DNA from: the human T2T-CHM13v2.0 reference genome, Homo sapiens
DNA length: 64,000 bases
NCBI GenBank assembly: GCA_009914755.4
Contig: CP068257.2
Span: forward strand, 6,400,001 to 6,464,000
Direction of reading: 5' to 3'
Shown here in pieces: positions 57,327-64,000 of the stretch. The notes beneath the pieces are model-generated. The model searched no databases. It was not told the DNA's origin and was given only the letters and a program-made list of their open reading frames with translations. The position numbers and the translations under genes were made by a program. How positions within the stretch are numbered: position 1 is the first letter of the stretch; the number at the start of each line of letters is the position of its first letter.

Positions 57327-60165
57327 GGAATGAAATGGAATGGAATTAACCCGAATGGAATGGAATGGAAAGCAATGGAAACGAATAGAATGGAACCAAC
57401 ACGAGTGGAGTGGAATATAATGGAATGGAATGGAATGGAATGGAATGGAATGGAATGCATTGGAATTGAACCTACCTGTGTGGAATGGAAGGGAATGGAA
57501 AGGAATGGAATATAATGGAAACAACACGAGTGGCATGGAATGGAATGGAAAGGAATCTAATGGAACGGAATGGAATGGAATGGAATCAACCAGAGTGGAA
57601 TGGAAAGGAAGGGAATGGAATGGAATGGAATGGAACAGAAGCAACCCGATTGGAATGGAAAGGAAGGGATTGGAATGGAATAGAATGGAAAGGAATGGAA
57701 AGGAAAGGAATGGAATGGAACGGAAATAACCCTTGTAATTGAATGGAATGGAATGGAATGGAATCAACGCGAGTGCAATGGAATGGAATGGAATGGAATG
57801 GAATGGAATGGAATGGAATGGAAAGGAATCGAATGGAAAGGAATCAACATGAGTGGAATGGAATGGAATGGAATGGAATGGAATGGAATGGACTGGAATG
57901 GAAAGGAATGGAATGGAATGGAATGGAAACAACACGAGTGGCATGAAATGGAATGGAATGGAATGGAATGGAATCAAACCGAGAGAATTGGAATGGAATG
58001 GAATGGCATTGAATGGCATGGAACGAATTGGAATGGAATGGATTGGAATGAACCCTATTCGAATTGAATGGAAGGGAAAGGAATGGAGTGGAATGGAATG
58101 TCATGGAATGGAAAGGAATGTATTGGAATGGAATGGAAATAACCCGAGTGGAATGGAATGGAATGGAAGGCAATGGAATGGAATGGAATGGAAAGGAAAG
58201 GAATGGAATGGAATGGAACCAAGCCGAGTGGAATATAGTGGAATGGAATGGAATGGAATGGAATGGAATGGAATGGAATAGAATGGAATGGCATGGAATC
58301 AAGACGAGTGGAATTGAATAGAATGGAATGGTATGGAATGGAATGGAGTAGAATGGAATTGGATCAGCCTGTGTGGAATGTAATTGAATGGAATGGAATG
58401 GAATGGAATGGCATCTACCCGACTGGAATGCAATGGAATGGAAAGGAATGGAATGGAATGCAATGGAATGGAATTGAATGGAAACAACCCGAGTGGAATG
58501 GAAAGGAAAGGAATGGAATGGAATGGAATTGAATGGAATTTAATCAACCCGAGTGGAATGGAATGGAATGGAATAGAAGCAACACCAGTGGAATGGAATG
58601 TAACAGAATGAAATGGATTCCAATGGAATGGAATCAAACGAGGTGGAATGGAATGGAAGGAAATTGAATGGAATGGAATGGAATAGAAGCAACCCGAGTG
58701 GAATGGAATTGAAGGGAATGGAATGGAATGGAATGAAATCGAATGGAATGGAATGGAAATAACCTGAGGAGCATTGAATGGAATGGAATGGAATGGAATC
58801 AACCCGAGTGGAATGGAATGGAATGGAATGGAATGGAATGGAATGGAATGGAATGGAATGGATTGGAATGGAATGGAATTGAATTGAATCAATGCGAGTG
58901 GGATGGAATGGAATGAAATGGAATCTCTTTGAATGCAATGGAAAGGAATGGAATCAACAAGAGTGTAATGGAATGGAATGGAATGTATTGGAATGGGAGC
59001 AACCCGATTTGAATGGAATGAAATGGAACGGAATGGAAAAAACCCGAGAGGAAACGAATGGAAAGGAAGGGCATAGAATGGAATGGAATGAAATGGAATG
59101 GAATTAAATGGAATTTAATAAAAACCGAGCGGAATGGAATGGAAGGGAATGGAATGGAATGGAATGCAATGGAAAGGAATGGAATGGAATGAAATTAACC
59201 CCAGTGGAATTCAATGGAACGGAATCAGCCCAAGAGGAATGGAATAGAATGGAATGGAAAGGGATCAACCAGAGTGGAATGCAATGTAATGTAATGTAAC
59301 GTAATGTAATGGAGTCAAAATGTGTGGAATGGAATGGCATGGAATGGAATAGAGTGGAATGGAATGTAATGGAATGTAATGGAGCGGAATCAAGCAGAAT
59401 GGAATGGAATGGAATGGAATGGAATGGAATGGAATAGAAGTAACTGGAGTGGAATGGAATGGAAGGGAATAGAATGGAATGGAATGGAATGGAAGGGAAT
59501 AGAATGGAATGGAATGGAATGGAATTTAACGGAATGGAATACAATGGAATGCAATGGCATGGAATGAACACGATTGGGAAGGAATGCAATGGAATGGGAG
59601 GGAATGGAATGTAATTGAATCAACCCGAGTGGAATGGAGTGGAATGAAATAGAATGGAAAGGATTGGAATAGAATGTAATCGACCCGAGTGGAGTGGAAT
59701 GGAATGGAATGGAATGGAATGGAATGGAAAGGAATACAATGGAATGGGAGCAACCCGAGTGGAATGGAATGGAATGGAATGGAAGGAAATGGAATGGAAT
59801 GGAATGGAATCCACCCAACTGGAATGGAATGGAATGCAATTGAATGGAATGGAATGGAATGGAATGGAATGGAACGGAATGGAATGGAATGGAATGGAAT
59901 GGAATTGAATCAACCCGAGTGGAATGAAGTTAAATGGAATGGAATGGAAAGGATTGGAATGGAATTCAATCAACCCGAGTGGAGTGGAATGGAATGGAAT
60001 GGAATGCAATGGAATGGGAGCAACCCGAGTGGAATGGAATGGAATGAAACGGAATGGAATGGAATCCACCCAACTGGAATGGAATGGAATGGAATGGAAT
60101 GGAATGGAGTGGAATGGAATCACACGAGTGGAATGGAATGGAATGGAATGAAATGGAATGGAATG
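57327..60165 (+). repeat. Higher-order repeat unit copy B (~2.83 kb), high identity to 54505-57326 with pentamer-unit indels
   Basis: Same as above. The repeat ends where atcacacgagtggaatggaatggaatggaatgaaatggaatggaat is followed by different sequence at about 60165. No third copy follows. Confidence 0.85.
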
Positions 60166-63100
60166 GAATGGAAGCAACCCGAGTGTAATGGAATGGAATG
60201 GAAAGTAATGGAATGGAATGGAATGGAATCAAACGGACTGGAATAGAATGGAATGGAAAGGAATGGATTTGAATAGAAGGGAATGGAATGGAATTGAATG
60301 GAATGGAACCAACCCGAGTGGAGTGGTATGGAATGGAATGGAATGGTATGGAATGGAATGGAATGGAATGAAACCGTGGGGAATGGAATTTAAGGGAATT
60401 GAATGGAATGGAATGGAATGGAAACAACCCGAGTGGAATGGAATGGAAGGGAACGGAATGGAATGGAATGTATTGGAATGGAAACGAATGGAATGGAATG
60501 GAAATAACACGAGTGCAGTTGAATGGAATGGAATCGAAAGGAATGGAATTGCATAGAATCAACCCGAGTGGAATGGAATGGAAAGGAATGGAATGGAATG
60601 GAATGGAATGGAATGGAATAGAATGCAATGGAATCAACCCGAGTGTAATGCAATGGAATGGAATGGAATGGAAAAGAAGGAATAGAATGGATTCAAACCG
60701 AGTGGAATGGAATGGAATGGAATGGAATGGAATGGCATGGAAACAACATGAGTGGAATGGAATGGAATGGAATTGAATGGAATGAAATGAAGTCGAATGG
60801 AATGGAATAGAATGGAATTAAATTAACCCGAGTGCAATGGAATGGAATGGAAAGGGAACAACCCGAGTGGAATGGAAAGGAATGCCATGGAATTGAAGGG
60901 AATTGAATGGAATGCAATGGAATGGAATCAACCCGAGAGCAATGGAATAGAAGGGAATGCAATGGAATGGAATGGAATAGAATGGACTTGAATATACCCA
61001 CATGGAACGGAATATAATGGAAAGGAATAGAATGGAATGGAATGGAATGGAATGGAATGGAATGGAATCAACCCTAGTGGAATGGAATGGAAGGGAATGG
61101 AACGCAACGGAATGGAATGGAATGCAATGGAATGGAATGGAATGGAATGGAATGGAATGAAATGGTATAGAATGGAGTTGCATATATCGAAGTGGAATGG
61201 AATGGAATAGAATGGAATGAAATCAACCCGAGTGGAATGGAATGGAATGGAATAGAATGGAATGGAACTCAATGGAATGGAATGGAATGGAATGGAATGG
61301 AATGGAATGGAATGGAATAGCATGGAAAGGAGTCAACCTGAATGGAATGGAATGGAATGAAATGGAATAGAATCAACACGAGTGGAATGGAATGGAATGG
61401 AATGGAATGGAATGGAATGGAATGGAATTCAATGTAGTACAGTGGAATAGAATCAAACCGAGTGGATTGGAATGGAATGGAATGGAATCAACTCGAGTGG
61501 AATGGAAAGGAATGTAATGTAATGGAATGGAATGGAAGGGAATGCAATGGAATGGAATGGAATGGAATGGAAGGAAATGGAATGGAATGCAATGGAATGG
61601 AATGGAAGGGAGTGGAATGGAATGGAATGCAATGGAATGGAATGGAAGGGAGTGGAATGGAATGGAATGGATTGGAATGGAATGGAATGGAATCTACCCG
61701 AGTGGAATGGAATGGAAAAAAATGGATTGGAGTAGAATGGAAGGGAATGGAATTGAATGGAATGGATTGGAATCAACCAGAGTGAAGACGAATGGAATGG
61801 AATGAAATAGAATGAAATGGAATGGAATAGATTGGAAACGAATCTACCAGCGTGGAATGGAATGGAATGGAATGGTGTGGAATCAACATGTGTGGAATGG
61901 AATGGCATGGAATGGAATGGAATGGAACGGAATCAACACAAGTGGATTGCAATGGAATGGAATGCAATGGAATGGAAAAGAATGGCATGGAACGTAATGG
62001 AAAGGAATGGAGTCAACCCGAGTGGAATGGCATGAATTGGAATGGAACGGAATGGAATCAACCCGAGTGGAATGGTATGGAATTCAATGGAATGGAATGG
62101 AATGCAATGGAATTGAATGGAATCAACACGAGTGAAATGGAATGGAATGCAAGGGAATGGAACGGAATAGAATGGTATGAAATCAACAGGTGTGGAATGG
62201 AATGCACTGGAACGGAATGGAATGAAATGGAATGGAATGGAGTGGAATGGAATGGAATGGAATGAAACGGAATCAACACGAGTGGAATGGAATGGAATGG
62301 AATGGATAGGAATGGAATTAAAACGAGTGGAATGGAATGGAAGGCAATGGAATGGAATTGAATGGAATAGAAGCATCCCGATTGGAATGGAATGGAATGG
62401 AATGGAATGGAATGGAATAGAATGGAATGGAAAGGAATGGAATGGAATGGAATTAACACGAGTGGAATACAATGAATCGGAACGGAATGGAATGGAATGG
62501 TATTGAGTGGAGTTGAATGGAATGGAATGGAATGGAATCAACACGAGTGGAATGGAATGGAGTAGAATGGCATGGAATGGAAAAGTATGGAATTGAATCT
62601 ATGCGAGTGGAATGTAATGGAATGGAATGGAATGGATTGGAATGAAATGGAATGGAATGGATTGGAATCAAATGCAATCAAACCGAGTGGAAAAGAGTAG
62701 AATGTAATGGAACGGAATGTAATGGAATAGAAAGAATTGAATCAACCCGAGAGGAATGGAATGGAATGGAATGGAATGGAATGGAAAGGAATGGAATGGA
62801 ATGGAATGGAAAGAAGAGTGGAATTGAATCAATCTGAGTGGAATGGAATGGAATGGAATGGAATGGAATCAATAGATTTGAATCAACCCAAGAGGAATGG
62901 AATGCAATGGAATGGAATGGAATGGAATGGAATGCAATGGAATGCAATGGAATGGAATGGAATGGAATGGAATGGAATGTAGTAGAATGTAATTGAATCA
63001 ACCCGAGTGGAATGGAATGGAATGGAATGGAACGGAATGGAATGGAGTCAACCCGAGTGGAATGGAATGGAATGGAATGGAATGGAATGGAATGGAATGG

Positions 63101-64000
63101 AATGGAATGAAATGGAATGCAATTGAATAGAATGGAATTGAATCATCCCCCTTGTGGAATGGAATTGAATGGAATGGAATGGAACAGAATGGAATGGAAT
63201 GGAAAGCAATGGAATGGAGTGGAGTGGATTGGAATGGAATGGAATGCAAAGGAATGGAATGTAGTGTAATGGAATGGAATGGAATGGAATCAACCCGAAT
63301 GGAATTGAATGGAATGGAATGGAATGTAGTGAAATGCAATAGAATGGAATTGAATCAACCTGACTGGGAATGGAAAGGAATGGAATGCAGTGGAATGGAA
63401 TGGAATGGAATAGAATGGAATTGAATCAACCCGAGTGGAAAGGAATGGAATGGAATGGAATGGAATGGAATAAAATGGAATGGAATGGAATGGAATGGAA
63501 TGGAATAAAATGGAATGGAATGGAATGGAATAGAATATATTTGAATCAACACTGAGTGGAATGGAATGGAATGGTATGGAATGGAATGGAATGGAATGCA
63601 ATGCAATGGAATAGAATTGAATTGAATCAACCCGAGTGGATTGGAATGGAATGGAATGGAATTTAATGTAATGGAATGGATTGAAATGAATTGGAACGGA
63701 ATGGAATGGATTGGAATTGAATCAACCCGAATGGAATGGAATGGAACAGAAGGGAATTGAATCAACCCGATTGGAATGGAATGGAATGGCTTGAAATGGA
63801 ATGGAATGGAATGGAATAGAATGGAATTTAAAGAATTTAATCAAACCAAGTGGAATGGAATGGATTGGTATGGAATGGAATGGAATGGACTTGAATAAAC
63901 CGGAGTGGAATTTAATGGAATGGAATGGAATGGAATGGAATGGAATGGCATCAACCCGTCTTGAATGGAATGGAATGGAATGGAATGGAACAGATTTGAA

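Larger units (their letters stand above)
25451..64000 (+). repeat. Canonical HSat3-type satellite: (GGAAT)n punctuated every ~30-80 bp by GGAATTGAATCAACCCGAGTGGAATGG (10-mer CAACCCGAGT and its CpG-decay variants)
   Basis: The first CAAC-type punctuation is at 25536 (CAACTGG) and 25645 (CAACGCGAGT). From about 30.7 kb to the end CAACCCGAGTGG dominates. GGAAT stays on the + strand throughout. Confidence 0.9.

Noticed and set aside
1-64000. Hundreds of ORFs up to 438 aa on both strands (e.g. 8710-10026 -, 2547-3680 -, 34899-35969 -)
   Set aside because: The translations are pure periodic low-complexity strings derived from GGAAT/ATTCC. They overlap on both strands in multiple frames and track the satellite HOR structure exactly. 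They are not genes.
25451-64000. CRISPR-like appearance: a conserved ~27 bp element (GGAATTGAATCAACCCGAGTGGAATGG) recurring at semi-regular spacing
   Set aside because: The intervening 'spacers' are not unique. They are the same (GGAAT)n repeat, of variable length in 5 bp steps. There is no leader, no cas context and no prokaryotic signal. This is the known HSat3 punctuation motif.
1-64000. Alpha-satellite / centromere core (171 bp monomers, CENP-B box)
   Set aside because: There is no 171 bp periodicity and no CENP-B box (TTCGTTGGAAACGGGA)-like motif. The base unit is 5 bp.
1-64000. Telomeric or subtelomeric repeat
   Set aside because: There is no TTAGGG/CCCTAA run. The pentamer GGAAT is distinct.

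Overview
The whole 64 kb window is tandemly repeated pentameric satellite DNA of the (GGAAT)n/(ATTCC)n type. This is hominid 'satellite III' (HSat3-like) pericentromeric heterochromatin. It is not a gene-bearing or prokaryotic locus. GGAAT is on the + strand along the entire window, with no inversion. I see no protein-coding genes, RNA genes, CRISPR arrays or transposable-element insertions. The hundreds of ORFs in the six-frame track (MEWNGMEWNG... on +, HSIPFHSIPF... on -) are artefacts of the repeat: GGAATGG supplies ATG codons, and several frames of GGAAT/ATTCC lack stop codons. The structure that can be supported is architectural, and has four parts. (1) Two distinct satellite subfamilies abut at about 25.45 kb. 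Upstream is a more diverged array punctuated by GGACTCGAATGG-type motifs. Downstream is a canonical HSat3-type array punctuated by the 10-mer CAACCCGAGT. (2) There is a transitional zone at about 25.5-30.5 kb enriched in a CAACTGG variant, with short 50-60 bp and about 215 bp local periodicities. (3) Two independent pairs of long higher-order repeat units are tandemly duplicated. A 2511 bp unit occurs twice at about 100% identity (44395-49416). A roughly 2.82 kb unit occurs twice, differing mainly by whole-pentamer indels (54505-60165). There is also a 560 bp block re-occurring 3569 bp away, and a diverged repeat with a period of about 1.7-2 kb in the upstream domain. (4) Variant pentamer micro-arrays occur, for example (TAATG)11. 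No previously undescribed 'biological system' is evident. The interesting signals are satellite-evolution features: the subfamily junction, very recent higher-order-repeat duplications, and slippage indels.
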